64,000 nucleotides of DNA, from NCBI GenBank assembly GCA_951406725.2, contig OX597823.1, positions 81,220,001 through 81,284,000 on the forward strand, in the 5' to 3' direction. Shown here piece after piece: positions 1 through 12,975 of this stretch (the stretch's first letter is position 1; every line of letters begins with the position of its first letter). The DNA comes from Octopus vulgaris (lineage: Eukaryota). The notes beneath the pieces are model-generated. The model did no database searches. It saw only the letters and a program-made list of their open reading frames with translations, and had not been told where the DNA came from. Position numbers and translations under genes: made by a program.

Positions 1-1102
1 TCCATAACAATAGCCTTTTCAGCCTTGAGGAAGTTCATGACCACCTTAGCCTTGTGACATGGGGCATTGTCCTGCATGAATATGGGTGGTCGCTTAGTTG
101 AATTTCTCAGCACAGGCAAGACATGATCTTTTACAAGTTGTTTATAAACTCCTGCATTTAACTTTCCATGTAATCGCACCAAAAGGCCCACACCATCTCC
201 AGATATCATTCCCCAAACCATGACACTTCCTCCACCGAATTTAACACTAGTCTTAAGGCATTTAGGCAACAATTTTTCACCTACTTTTCTACGAACGTAC
301 CTTTTCCCATCTGAGTCAAATAGCATAAACTTAGATTCATCACTGAAATGTACCGTTTGCCATTTTTCTTGAGACCACAACACATGTTCGGTTGCAAAGG
401 TAAGACGACACTTTTTATTCTTGGAGCTGATCAGTGGCTTCACTGCAGGTGCTCTTACTTGTAGGTCATGTTCAACTAAACGATGAGACAGTTTTTCGAG
501 ATAAAGTTTTCTTCAATACAATGCTCATTTTCCGAGAAACAGCAGCAGCAGTTTTAAATCTGTCCTTTTTAACCAACTTTACCATAGCACGATCTTCTCT
601 CTTGGTCGTTTTTCTTGGCCTACCTGTAAACTTTCTTGCTTCACACGAACCACAATCATCGTAGACCTTAAGAATACCGTGTACAACACTTTTTGACTTG
701 TTAATCTTTGCAATAGATCCAATAATCTGCTGACGAATTGGTAACGGAGTAAGTGGCATTATATTAACAAAGTACACTGCAAATATTCTTACTAATGTTT
801 AGTAAATGAACCATCACGTAAACAAATTCAAAACATTAGAGTTCGCCTGTTAAATATACTAAAACACGGAGTAAAAGCAACCGTTCTGATCATTTTGGCT
901 GCCATGGGTTTTGCAGTAAATCACTAAATCATCCATAACTTTTGTATTATCCTCTCAAATTACACTAAAATCTCAGGCCACAACAAAAAAATATTGTATT
1001 TATTGTCTGTGAAATTTATAGAATATAAAACAACTTTGATAAAAAATCATATCTACTTTTCTGACGAAAACAATGCCGTTCTGAACATTTTGGCCGCAGC
1101 TG
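1..1102 (-). mobile_element. Tc1-family DNA transposon (5' part), frameshifted transposase
   Basis: Minus-strand translation GRPRKTT..FSDESKF..VKFGGGSVMVWG..FMQDNAPCH; frameshift near 470; terminus TA-CAGCTGCGGCCAAAATGTTCAGAACGG with an inner repeat of it at ~881-903. Confidence 0.92.
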
Positions 1103-1319
1103 TATATATATATATTTTTGTGACCCCCTTCGATCATGAATGACCATGGGATTGCACCTAGAAAGTTACCCTCCGAGGCTCAAGTCCGGGCAAGGTTGTT
1201 TATGGAAGACCAGCAGTCGCCCACTCATACCAGCCTCCCCTCTCCATGCCACTGATGTTATCCAAGGGAAAGGCAAAGGCCGATACAGCTTGGTACCAGT
1301 GACGTCGCAGCTCATTTAT

Positions 1320-1636
1320 TAACGTGCAAATGGCTGAGCACTCCACAAACACATGTACTCTTAACGTAGTTCTCAGGGAGATTCAGTATGACACAGAATG
1401 TGACATGGCTGCCCCTTTGAAATACAGGTACAACAGAAACAGGAAGAAAGAGTGAGAGAAAGTTGTGGTGAAAGAGTACAGCAGGGTTCAGCACCACCCC
1501 CTGCCGGAGCCTCGTGGAGCTTTAGGTGTTTTCGCTCAATAAACAAATACTCACAATGCCTGGTCTGGGAATTGAAACCACAATCATATGACCGCAAGTC
1601 TGCTGCCCTAACCACTGGGCCATTGCGCCTCCACAC
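1320..1636 (-). mobile_element. tRNA-derived SINE (family also at ~57150-57460 + and ~61810-62095 +)
   Basis: Pol III A-box-like TGGCCCAGTGG and B-box-like GGTTTCAATTCCC; the body GAGCGAAAACACCTAAAGCTCCACGAGGCTCCGGCAGG is shared by three copies. Confidence 0.8.
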
Positions 1637-2269
1637 ACATATATATATATATATCTCACAGATACATCTCCAAACTATATTTTTAGTTTCTGCCTACCAA
1701 ATCCACTGACATGGCACTTTGGTCAGCCTAGGGGTATAGCTGGAAAACACTTGACCAAAGTGCTATGCAGTAGAGCTGAACCCAAAACTGTGTGATTGGC
1801 AAGCAAACTTTTAACACAAATAGCCAGGCCTGCATCTAAAATATTCACATTAGCAGAAAATTCAGTCAAAGGACATTGACAACACTAAAAGGAGTGTTTC
1901 AATTTTACACTAGAGAACACAAACATTAGTAGTTAAAGCCCAATTCAAACCTGATCAAATAGAGCAGAAGTACTCCAATGACAATTTGTTTTTTTTTTCA
2001 ATGTCTACAACTACATGATGCAATGTATCCAGAGCATCTAAGACTACATGATTCAATGTGTCTGGGAGTGTCTAAGACTATATGATGCAATGTGTTCATT
2101 TAGAGTAGAATATGAGATGAAGCAGATTACATGAATGATCTTGGACATGATGAATTTATCCCCATTTCTCATTTCATGGATATATAATTTGAAAAGCACC
2201 TTTAAAAACATATCCCCATAATTTACCTACATACATTTTGAATAATATCACAAATGATTATAATTTTAG

Positions 2270-2470
2270 CACAAGGTCAGCAATTTTGAGCAAAGGAAGA
2301 AGTCTAGTACATTGACTCAAGAGCTTAAATGATACTCATTTTTATCCACCTTGAAAGGATGAAAGGTAAAGCTGACATCGACAGCATTTGAACTCAGGGC
2401 ATAAAGAGCCAGAAGAAATGCCATTAAGCATTTTGTCTGGCACAGTAACGATTCTGCCAGCTTGCTAATG
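2270..2470 (-). mobile_element. Meta-domain SINE copy
   Basis: Reverse complement contains CTTTACCTTTCATCCTTTCAAGGTGGATAAAAATGAGTA; same family as the 51.3-52.6 kb cluster. Confidence 0.65.
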
Positions 2471-2555
2471 ATAAAGTAAACAACTTAGGCAAAGTTGTAA
2501 GGGATTACTAACCTACACCACATCAGATTTTGTTGAAATAAAATTTCATATTTAC

Positions 2556-2698
2556 CTTTCTATATCGTAAAACTGAGGTCTATCTCTTTGAGTATGCCGA
2601 CGCCTACCATTACTTCGTCGTTCACTACCATCATCATCTCTGTCTTGCTGTTGAGTTTCTCTTGGGCGAAGAGCATGATTTCTAACATTTTCCCAGAA
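2556..2698 (-). CDS. RNF115/RNF126: RNF115/RNF126-like coding exon 4 (FWENVRNHALRPRETQQQDRDDDGSERRSNGRRRHTQRDRPQFYDIE-); gene continues left of the window
   Basis: ttttaTAG acceptor, GTAAAT donor, 143-nt open frame ending in phase 2. The Arg-rich linker ending ..IE resembles the matching region of vertebrate RNF115/126. Confidence 0.8.
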
Positions 2699-2799
2699 CT
2701 ATAAAAGCAAAAAGGCAAACATTTTAATGAGAGTTAATAGAGACAACTTATCTATTGTTATAAACTAGTGATCTGTTTAGTTTATAATAGTTATATATC

Positions 2800-3200
2800 A
2801 TGCCAAATGTCCTCTACAAAGAGACTTAGATGATATACACAACAATGCAGAAGATAGAAGCCTTTGGGATGAGGACCATTCACAGACTGGGCAAATTAAG
2901 CAGGAAAGGCAGGGTTACAAACGTTGTAGTACTAAAAAAGCTGAAAACCCAAAAGAAGACACCTACTGTTGAGAAGCAAGTCCACAAAGCAATTGAATTT
3001 TGGACATACAATGCACCATAAGTCACTACTCGAGACATCCTGACAGGAAATGTTTAAGGGAAGAGAGCAAGAAGTGATCAAAGAGGTATGTGGACTGATG
3101 GCCTCAAAGAATAGACTGGAAAAAAAACTTGATTGTGTGTATGCAGCACAACAGAAGAAACTGAAGAGTCTTGGCAAGCCAACAGAGGGTGGACACCTGA
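2800..3200 (+). mobile_element. Degenerate RTE-clade LINE 3' fragment
   Basis: IEAFGMRTIHRLGKLSRKGRVTNVVVLKKL resembles the RTE C-terminal motif I.AFEM..YR.ML.I.W...VTN..VL. Confidence 0.55.
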
Positions 3201-3734
3201 CTGATGGCTACTTAGTAGGTATTAGAAACCCAAGTACACGTATTGAACATTCAGCTTACATTTCTTGGTTTGTTGTTTAGTCCTATCCTTGACAATGTAC
3301 TTTGTTGTGAAACTTCCTGCTAATAGATTTCCATGACTATCACAGACTTATCTAATCCAGGTCAGCATGGATAAAATCCAAAACCTTATTGATTTTATTT
3401 TTATTTTGCCAAGTAAGTCAACATTATTTTGGTTAAAGCTCAAAGCTGGGGGTGGGGGGAGAAAAGAAAAAAGATTTTCTCACATGTGCTAAGATGGGCA
3501 TCAAACTAAAAGGTTTATTCTGTAAAACTGAATGCAAATAAACATCTTCCTTATCAGAAGTTTAAGTTAGGAGGAAAAAAAACTGAAGACCTGAGTAAAT
3601 TATATCAACATTAAAATAAATTAGTATTTCCTACTTCAAGAAAACAGAAGTCCAGTTGAAAATTTTATTAAATACAAAATAATTTGTAGAATAAAATTTT
3701 AACAAAACAAAAAACAAAAAGGACAATATCTTAC

Positions 3735-3804
3735 ATCTAAAACATAGCTTACAGAATCTTGATCTTGTTGTGAAGGCGTAGTTCTTGGTGTGTTGGAAAA
3801 ATCT
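3735..3804 (-). CDS. RNF115/RNF126: RNF115/RNF126-like coding exon 3 (E-DFSNTPRTTPSQQDQDS[VSYVLD])
   Basis: Poly-pyrimidine ttccttCAG acceptor, phase 2 in and phase 0 out, which bridges exons 2 and 4. Two in-frame donors (exon end 3753 or 3735). Confidence 0.75.
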
Positions 3805-4902
3805 CTGAAGGAAAAAAAAAAAGAATTTTGTTAGGTCATAAAAGAATATAACATTTTTCTTTCCAGTTAAAATCTCCACAAAATAAATGAAAATATGATC
3901 CAGAAGCGAAATGTAAAAAATTAAAACTTTTCGGTTAGATGTCAGAAATGCTAGTGTCTCCATAAGTCAAAACTAGTCCTGCATTTACACATGTACAGAT
4001 TTTTTGAAGACCGACAGTTACTCATGAATACAAGTTTTTTTCTGTCTTGAATAACTTAGGCCAATACAGTTTAGCATTAGTGTCGTTACACGTGTTGCAG
4101 TCAAAACAAAAGGAACCAGAACTAATACACCATAAGGCATATATTGTCCAAACCTCTAACTCTTCTCATCAACCCACAACAATGGATCAGTATTTTTTTA
4201 ATAATGGAAAAATAAAAAGGCAAGGTTGATTTTGGTAGAATTGCAGAGAATTAGAACAATTACTGTGAAGTATTCTACCCCATGTGCTAGCACTCCTACA
4301 AATTCACCACCTTAAATGTCTGAGATGAGTCCTGTTCAGTAAGAATGGTTTCTACAGCTAATCTCATTTTTGAAAATGAACTTTTTGGTTTTTGAGCACA
4401 AGTGATGCTGTCACGTCAAAGACACAGGCAAAGACGTCACGTAAAAAAAGCACTCGTTACACTGTATAGGGGTTAGCATTAGGAAGGGCATCCACTTGTA
4501 GAACCATGCCAAAACAAACAGAGCCTGGTGCAGCTCCTGACAAAACATCTAATCCATACCAGCACAAAAAACTGACTATAAATGATAACATCTGTACTAT
4601 ATTTCAATTGGATCATCTCAATCATCATAAAGTATTTTACTGGATGTGTACATCGCTTTAGCTTAGAAATAAAAAGTTACCTAATTGTAATGCATTCAAA
4701 ATGTACACAAGAAATATAATACCTGATAATGATCAGGGGATCAAATCAATTGAAAACGTATTGTAAATGTTAAAAACCTATATTCAAAGGATTGAGGTTT
4801 AATAGCTCGGAAAAAATTTTTTTAAAAATTATAGCATTAGATATGAAATCAAAGATTTGTGGATGTGATATAATAAACCAATATAATAATAAATTCTGTT
4901 AA

Positions 4903-5750
4903 CCCTTTCGATACTAACCCAGCCATAGCCACCTGAAAAATCTTTTGGTTCATAAGACCAACCCTGCCATAGCCAGCCGAGAGTACCCATTGTTATTTAA
5001 ATGTGAATTTAAGCACAAATCTCGTTAGTACATTTGTGAAAATATGTGATAGTATCCGACATTGCTTGGCATGATATCTGAATTCAGTGTATTTTGGGAG
5101 ATTTTTTCCCACATTTTTTTGGAATCGATTTTTTTTCAACTTTGAAAATGGATAGGAGTTTCATGCTATCAAGCCTGAATTTAAAGGCTTTTCAATGGAA
5201 AATATGGAGATATAGAGAAAAAGAATGAATGAGGTACAAAAGCACATGGTGTACAAGAATGAATAGGATATTTCTATATCCGAAATCGAAAGCAGTGGCG
5301 ATCCTGAAGAAACAAAACAGCGATAGCGACAGCAAAGACGTTTTACATCAGAATGAAGTAAAAACTTTAGAAATGTTTTTATTAGCAATTTTTCTGAGGA
5401 GACGGGGGTCTATCCATTATCTTTCTTAAGAAGCAAAGCCATTAGACTTTTATTCTTTCCAGTATACTTGTTTGAAGCGATCACTGTGGAAACAAACTGT
5501 TACGCAGAATGTAAACAAACAGTATATGCCAAAAAAGCCCACAAAATGGGGTATCAAAGTTTGGAAAATTTGTGAAGCAAATACTGGGTACTGCTGTAAA
5601 TTTAGTTTTTGTACAGGGAAAATAATGTTAGTCAGCATGGCCTAGGGTACGATGTGGTCTGGAATTTATCACTTCCATACCATAACCAGGGCCGTATATT
5701 ATTTTTTGACTGATTTTTTTTTAGTTCAGTCAAACTTGCAGTGGATTTAG
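4903..5750 (+). mobile_element. piggyBac-like transposon remnant
   Basis: TTAA-CCCTTTCG left end; transposase fragments KQYMPKKPTKWGIKVWKICEANTGYCC and HGLGYDVVWNLSLPYHNQGRILFFD. Confidence 0.85.
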
Positions 5751-8112
5751 GTGGATTCCAGTATTTCAGTTTATTTCACCTTTATGGTACACAATTCTTC
5801 TATATCAAAATTTTGTTGCATACCAAATTGAATATTAGCTGATGATTCATTTTCTATGGTGATGTTTAAACAAAATTTTAATATTTTTACTGTTTGTTCA
5901 GTTTACCTAGATTTACTTGTAATTAGAGTCACTTTGAAACAAAAGTTATGCAATAGAATTGATTAAGAACCCTTTCTTTAGTTATGTTCTAAATATCACA
6001 TTAATATGTTGATAAGTAAAAAAAAGTTAAAGTTGTTTAATGAAACTAGTCTAAATTCAGGATTATTTTAGAATTTAACTGAAACTCATGAGGGGTGTAT
6101 TTTGGTCAGAAATATAGTAAAAATTATGAATATTAGTGAAAAAAATTATGAATATTAGTGAAAAAAAAAAAAAAAACTGAGCAAAATTGAACTGAGAGCA
6201 GAAAATGTTTAGGAATAACAGCAATGAACTGAAATAATCTAAAGAATGAACAGACAAGAAGGGAACTCCATAACCCATCTCACAGAGTAGTAACTAAATA
6301 AAAACTTACACACGGTAGACAGGACACTAACCCTGTTACACAGAACTGATGCCAGCAGATCAATTAAACACATCCAGTTCACACCATAATGTAGATGGTC
6401 AAAAACAGGGAAGGCACCTAGCTGTATAAATTACACTTAAAATATAAATACAAATGATTATATACACAATGAAATGGTCTGTTTGCTGTATCCAACCCAT
6501 GCCAGCATGGAGAATGGATGTTAAATTAAGATTATGCCAGATGATGAAGGGCCCCAACAAGTGACATATGTTCAACTCTTAAGAAAAAACAATAATTGAA
6601 TATGCTGAAATAATAGTTGGCTGTCAAAAGAAGACAGTGACTTCATCATTCCTTTGAATAATTCTTGATCATATTTTCTATGACATTAATTATTCTTGAA
6701 CATTAATCTTTATCTTTTACTTCTATCAGTCACTCACCAGCTGTCACACTGGGGTACCGCCTTCAAGGATTTTAGTCAGTAACAAATCAACACCAGTACT
6801 ATTTTTTTAAGTGCAGTACTTATTCTATCAGTCTCTTATCAAAACCATTAAGCTACAGAGACAGAACAAGCCAACACTGGTCATCATGTGTTGGAAGGGA
6901 GAGGACAAACAAAGCACAAAGGCACAAACACAACAGCCTTCTGTTTACCAAATATGCTCAGAAGGTATTGGTTGGCCTAGAACAACAGAAGACACTTGCT
7001 CAAGTGCTACACAGTAAGACTGAATCTGAAACCACAAGCTTGCTAACCATAAAACTGAATATTTTTAGTGTCAGACGTAAATTTTCAGAGCAGGCATTTT
7101 GATTAAAAAAAATTTTTTTTTAAACCTAAATAACCAGCTACATCTGTAATGCAAGTGGTAAGGTTTAAATTCATGTTACATGGGCAATATCTAGCATCTC
7201 CAGTGCCACACAAAATCAATATTTCAAATAATTTAATTTATATACGAAATCAAATTAATTTTTTAAAGCAAAGGGCATGATAGTTTGTCAACATGAAAGA
7301 ATAAAGTCCATGTTCTAGCCATGAACTTTAGTAATCATGGTTTGACATTTCTTGGGTTAGTTTTAAGCACATAAATACTAGGATAACTTCCTTGCAAAAT
7401 ATTTGCCAATCATTTGGCATACAAATCTGTTACAACTGTACAGCAAATCTGATATCATTTATGACAATAAAAAACAATTATCTAAATCCAAATGTCTAAA
7501 AGTATTCACAAACTAATGATAAAATGACTGTTTTAAAATGCCAGTTTATTTGAAAACAAAAAAAAGCAGGATCACAAATGGAAAACTTATGGGCTTTTTC
7601 TTCTTTTGATCAGATATTAGGAGCTAAAGAAGAACAGTAAGACTAATTCAAACCCTGTGAGAGGATCATCTGGAACTCCAAAGAGAATTTTGCAGATCAA
7701 GAGCACTGATCCAATTAAACCAACTCAACCAGAGATATCATTGCCAGTTCAGTGTTAAATAACAACAGGTGTGATAAAGAAACTTTCTTCACAACCACAT
7801 GGTTTCAGATTTACTTCCATTGCACACGACCTTGAGCAAGAGTCTAGCCTTGAGTTGACCAGAGAGAACCTTATGAGTAAAGTTGGGAAATAGATGGAAA
7901 TTGTGCAAAAACCTGTTGGAGGGGCCCATTATTGTTCTTAGGTGGTACACTTAATTTGTTACCTAGCGTAACACGTCTACCAGGTCCTTATTGATTTTAA
8001 TGGTGTCCATTGTTGCAAATATTCACAGAGTCCCTAAAAAGGATCAAAAGTTTTCAGTACTGTCATTTTAATCATCATAACAATTATACATGAAAATTAA
8101 AATTAATCTTAC

Positions 8113-8162
8113 TCTGTAATTTCTTCTACAAATCCATTTTCACAGCGGGGACATGTGAAATC
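8113..8162 (-). CDS. RNF115/RNF126: RNF115/RNF126-like coding exon 2 (DFTCPRCENGFVEEIT-E)
   Basis: Acceptor ttttTAG, donor GTAAGA; CPRCxxGFxEE completes the zinc ribbon in frame with exon 1; 50 nt, ends in phase 2. Confidence 0.93.
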
Positions 8163-9038
8163 CTAAAAATAAATTAAAGACAAACTTTTAATTTATGAAA
8201 AAGTATAGGAATTACAGAAAATATTTTGTATCAAGTTAAAATTATTTCTCACTTCAGATTGAAATTGAGTATTTTGGAAACTTTTAATTAAGTGTCTTTC
8301 ACACCACAACAGGAAAATTTAGAAAACCCATCAGTTTTACAATTAAAAAGAAATTCTTCTGTGAGCAAAAAATTCAATTTCTATTATAGCTGTTCTTTCT
8401 TTATATATATATATATTTAATATAAAAATTTTAAATGGCTGCAATAATATATTTTCATTAATTCAATCCCTAAAAAGAAGAAAAAAAGCTCCTCAGAAAA
8501 ATATTCTTTCATTATAATTTTGACTACTAATCCAATTGAAGTTAAAGTGACCTTGGTGAATTGTTAATGATATTACAAAATTCAAAACAAATTCATTAGG
8601 TATTATAATTTGGTTTATTATTGTAGTATTTAAACAAGAGTAGCAACCAAAATATTTACAACAAATATAAACAGTGGTGAAATCTTAGTTTTGAAAATTT
8701 TGCTTTCCAGCAAACCTCAAACTACATTTCCTGATCAAAATTAGCACATTTAAAAATATTTTAACATGAGAAATTTCCACAATACTTTTTTTTACAAGAC
8801 CTAACACACTTTGTAATAATAAAACTCTTAGGCTATCATATCAAACTGCCTAATCATTATAATTTCTGTGAAAATTGTTTATCTGTATCATATCTTCCGG
8901 TTTGGTTTACAACTCCTCTCTCTCTCTCTCTCTCTTTCGCCCAGTGTATGCATATATATGCACAGACATAATTCTTAACACTACTGTTAAAGACATTAGA
9001 ACAAAAACATCTATATTCTGTCTGCATCCCTCTGTATA

Positions 9039-9084
<46 letters not shown>

Positions 9085-9630
9085 GATATGCATATAGCTG
9101 TACATATGAAAATGACAATATTGTTTGTGTGTATATACACAAACATTTCAAGATTGTTAAAGACATTTAACTAGGTACTACTATTGAAAATAAATTAATT
9201 TTCAAAAGTGTTAGATCTATAATTTCTTTATAACAACCATGTGGAGAAATTTAACAGCGTAAATACTGAAAACAGAGACAGATAATACTAGACATCACTA
9301 TAAAGGGAGACAAGCACAATTTGACCAAACAAACATTTTTTTTTTTTTGCTTGATCATTTTCATGTCAAAATACACCCCCACCTCACAATTATAAATCAT
9401 TAGAAAGTTCTGGATGTGAACTTTCTTATATACATTTGATTAAAATCTGTCATGTAATACCCGGTTCTCCAAAATCACTGGTATTTCCAACCACTTACAA
9501 AGTTTGACCCATTTTTGTTTTTTACGGTTGAATGGTAGCCTTCATCTAGTTCAATGCACTGGAGCACTGTAACTTGATTTGTGTTAAAAATGATAGTCGT
9601 GAAGAAGACTTGTTTTTGCTTTATCTAGTA

Positions 9631-9992
9631 CTAGCAGTATCAACCGGCGTTGCTCGGGTTTGTAAGGGAAATAACTATATAAGCATTTTTAGAGATGTAA
9701 AGTATAATAGCCATCTCAATATGGCTAACCACAAAGGGGGCTGTTACTGTAGCTTTTTACGTTCTGAGATTTAATAATACATTTTTAGAGAGTTACTTCC
9801 CTTATATAATAGCAAAAAATGCATCAAAAATGGGAAAAAATGATGGTAAATTTTTTTTTAAATCATAGACTCATCGTAGACATGTGCTAATACCCAGAAG
9901 GGCTCGATATACACTGCACCGCAAAATGTGGGAGTAGTTAGGAATCTAAATCGTAGGAGACAGACACACAACTTCACTTTTATATATAAAGA
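9631..9992 (-). mobile_element. Non-autonomous Helitron
   Basis: Minus strand: 5' A|TCTTTATATATAAAAG; 3' hairpin CCCGAGCAACGCCGG followed by CTAG|T. Confidence 0.7.
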
Positions 9993-12775
9993 TATGTATA
10001 AATCACAGTTTGCATGTGCATATTGACTAATGCATACATTTCCACGATTCTCAACCAATTTTCAAAATTTACACACACATCACTTATGTCCTAAGGATGG
10101 TCATGCACTCTAACATTTTGACCAGAGATCCCATGTAAATGGACAAACCGAAAAAAAAAAAACAGTGGTTTACAAGGGTCTTCCATACTTTTTTAATCTA
10201 TATGGTCGTATTGGCATTAAAGAATATTTTTTAGTAGTTTTCACATTTTTTTAATTTATTATCTATTTATAATTTGTAATTGTGTTTGAACGTTTTGGTT
10301 AGAGAATATGAAAGTGAAAGGATTTTGTCTATTTTGACTGTTTTCCATACTTTTTAAAATCTATATGGTTGTATATTTGCATTACAGAATATTTTTTTTA
10401 GCCGTTTTCACATTTTTTATTATTTGTTCGCCTTCCGACAGGACATCTTTTCACTGCAAAAATTCAAAGCAGTATTCATGAAATGAAGTCAAACTCTTCA
10501 TATCTTAATTTTTCATTACCTGTGTGAGTATATGTCACAGATAGTGGACATGTGTGTGTTGACACACCATGACATTCATCGTGTTGACATCACAGAAGCC
10601 ATATATTTTTTGCGTCAAGAAATAACAAAAATTGTGTTTAATCATTTAAATAGATGTCTAAATTATACAAAAATTTCTACTGCACTGTCAAAGGTAAGTA
10701 TGAAAATAAATATGTAAAAAAAAAGGTAAAATATACTATTTCTGAAATATTTCGGGTACACACAAACATCCCTTGAGTTTTAGTATTATCAAGATGCGAT
10801 TTTTTCTTTCTGATTTTGAATATTGTTGGATAATTTATGGTAGTGTTTACATTTTCACAAGTAGTGAAATTTTAGTGGTTTTGTTTTCTCTCTGAGTTAG
10901 CAGTAATTTACAAATGTTTTTAATGCTAAAGCAAGGGATTAGTTTTCACATTTTGTTTGTTTTGTAATCTAAGTCTACATGCAATTTTGAGAAAGGTACC
11001 AAGTGGTCATGGGAAGCACTAGAAACAGCTAACTTTCTCTTAAACCACACACATTTTCATCTGAAAATCTTTTCAAAAATTTCTATTTTTTTCACCAAAA
11101 AGGCTTCTGTGGATGCCCTGATCCAAAACTCTGTTTATAGCCATTTTTAATAGTCCATTAAAATTTTTTTGAAATATCATGTCCCAAAATTCGAGTCCCT
11201 TTGGTTTGTACTTTCGGATTTAGCTAGGTTTGAAAAACACTGCAAAATTGACTGTTTGCTACAGGTTTTGCATAAAAGTTTTAAAACATGCAAAAAGAAA
11301 AAAAGTTTGATTTTCAAAAACCTGAAAAAAAATAACTGCTATCCTATGGACACTGTATAATATCTGTATAATCTGAAGATGATTATCACCTCCGTTTCAA
11401 AGATACAGCATCACAAATATGGCTAATTAGGCAAGATTTCAACCAATTTACTGACTATTCAAATTGTCATATTTCCTATAATATTCATCCAAATTTCACA
11501 AATGAGGTATCAAAATATTTCTTTTTGGATGCTCTCCAAGAAAAGGTCCAGTAGGAGTTAGAGTTAAATATTTTCAAGCATTCGTAGTGATACATAATAA
11601 TACTGTTGTCATATTCATAAGAATGTTTGAACGCATAATGTGTGTGTGTAATTATACAGAGAAAAGCAAAGGAAAGAGAGAGGACAGCTTGAAAGGATGG
11701 AAGTTCATATTTTTTCCTTCTAATAAGCTATTTCTTTTAACCCACTTATCTATCACTTTTTATTGCAATCTCTCACCCAATACATAAGTAAATTAGACAA
11801 CTCAAAAGCATTGTCTACACGTTTCTTAAAATCATTCCAGAAAACTAGTCGAATGATTATTTTCATAAGAGTCATTTTTATATTCCCCAACTGCTTCACA
11901 ATCTAAATTCCCTCCTTGATGGCAATGGGCTTAATGAAAGACGATGTTAAAAACTTTATAAGTACTTTGATTTATTAAATGCTTCTTTTATTTCAATCGT
12001 GTTACCTTCTTTTAATTCTTTCTTGCATATATATATACCTACATTTTAATGAAGCACAGAATTACTTACTCCAGACTAAGTAATGGGTCAAGCACTAGTT
12101 ATTTTTAAAGTAAGAGTCTAATACACTTGTAGCTTATCAAAAATCTTTCAAGAATTTTATGCCAAGTTTTGAAGTAATCTGACATTTTTCTTTTTTTGTA
12201 AATAACATCTATCATAAAAGAAGCCAAACTTTCAAAACCGCATGCCAACCAACTGATACAAGATATGGATAACTCTGATCTTCAGTCTAATAACCATATA
12301 AAAGACATCAGTTATTGATCCCCATGTCTTAGAATGAATGAATGATTAGAGCATATGGTAATTAAGAATTTGGATGAGTATTTTATGTAGTAGAACACCC
12401 ATGGGGAAGACTGAATTGTAGGCAATACTAGGAGTGATACCAGTATTTCAAACCCAAAGAACTAAATACAATTCCTAACCTAACGACCTTCCATAATGAT
12501 AGAAGACAACCACATTGTGAAAGTATATGCCATGGTATGTAAAAATTGTCAACTGACTGCATTGTTTCCAAGAAACAGGCTTCTGTAAAAGTCTGCAGCA
12601 CATGACAATAGAAAAATTGAAGTACATCATGTCTCAAAATTGTGTCATAAACACAAAGTCACAGTCATCCCAATCATGAGGGAATCATGGGTGATGTAAC
12701 ATGAGTATACAGCTGTTTCAAAAGCAAAAAAAAAAAAAGCAGTCACATTGGGTTGAATTATTGTCACTATATTAA

Positions 12776-12975
12776 CCTTTTAGCATTTAAACCATCCACA
12801 TCCAGCCCAAAAATGTTCAAACTGGTTAGATCTAGTTTCTCACACACTTTACAATCTCATTCAAATCATAATCACATCACCGAAATCTAAAAGCTACAAG
12901 TTAATGCATGATTAATTCAAAACAATGTGAATTAATAAGTATTACATTTGACAAAGTAAACTGAATGCTAAAGGG
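12776..12975. mobile_element. ~200-bp piggyBac-type MITE (further copies ~14565-14795, 14975-15194, 30929-31151)
   Basis: TTAA on both sides; TIRs CCTTTTAGCATT / AATGCTAAAGGG; internal sequence shared among the copies. Confidence 0.75.
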
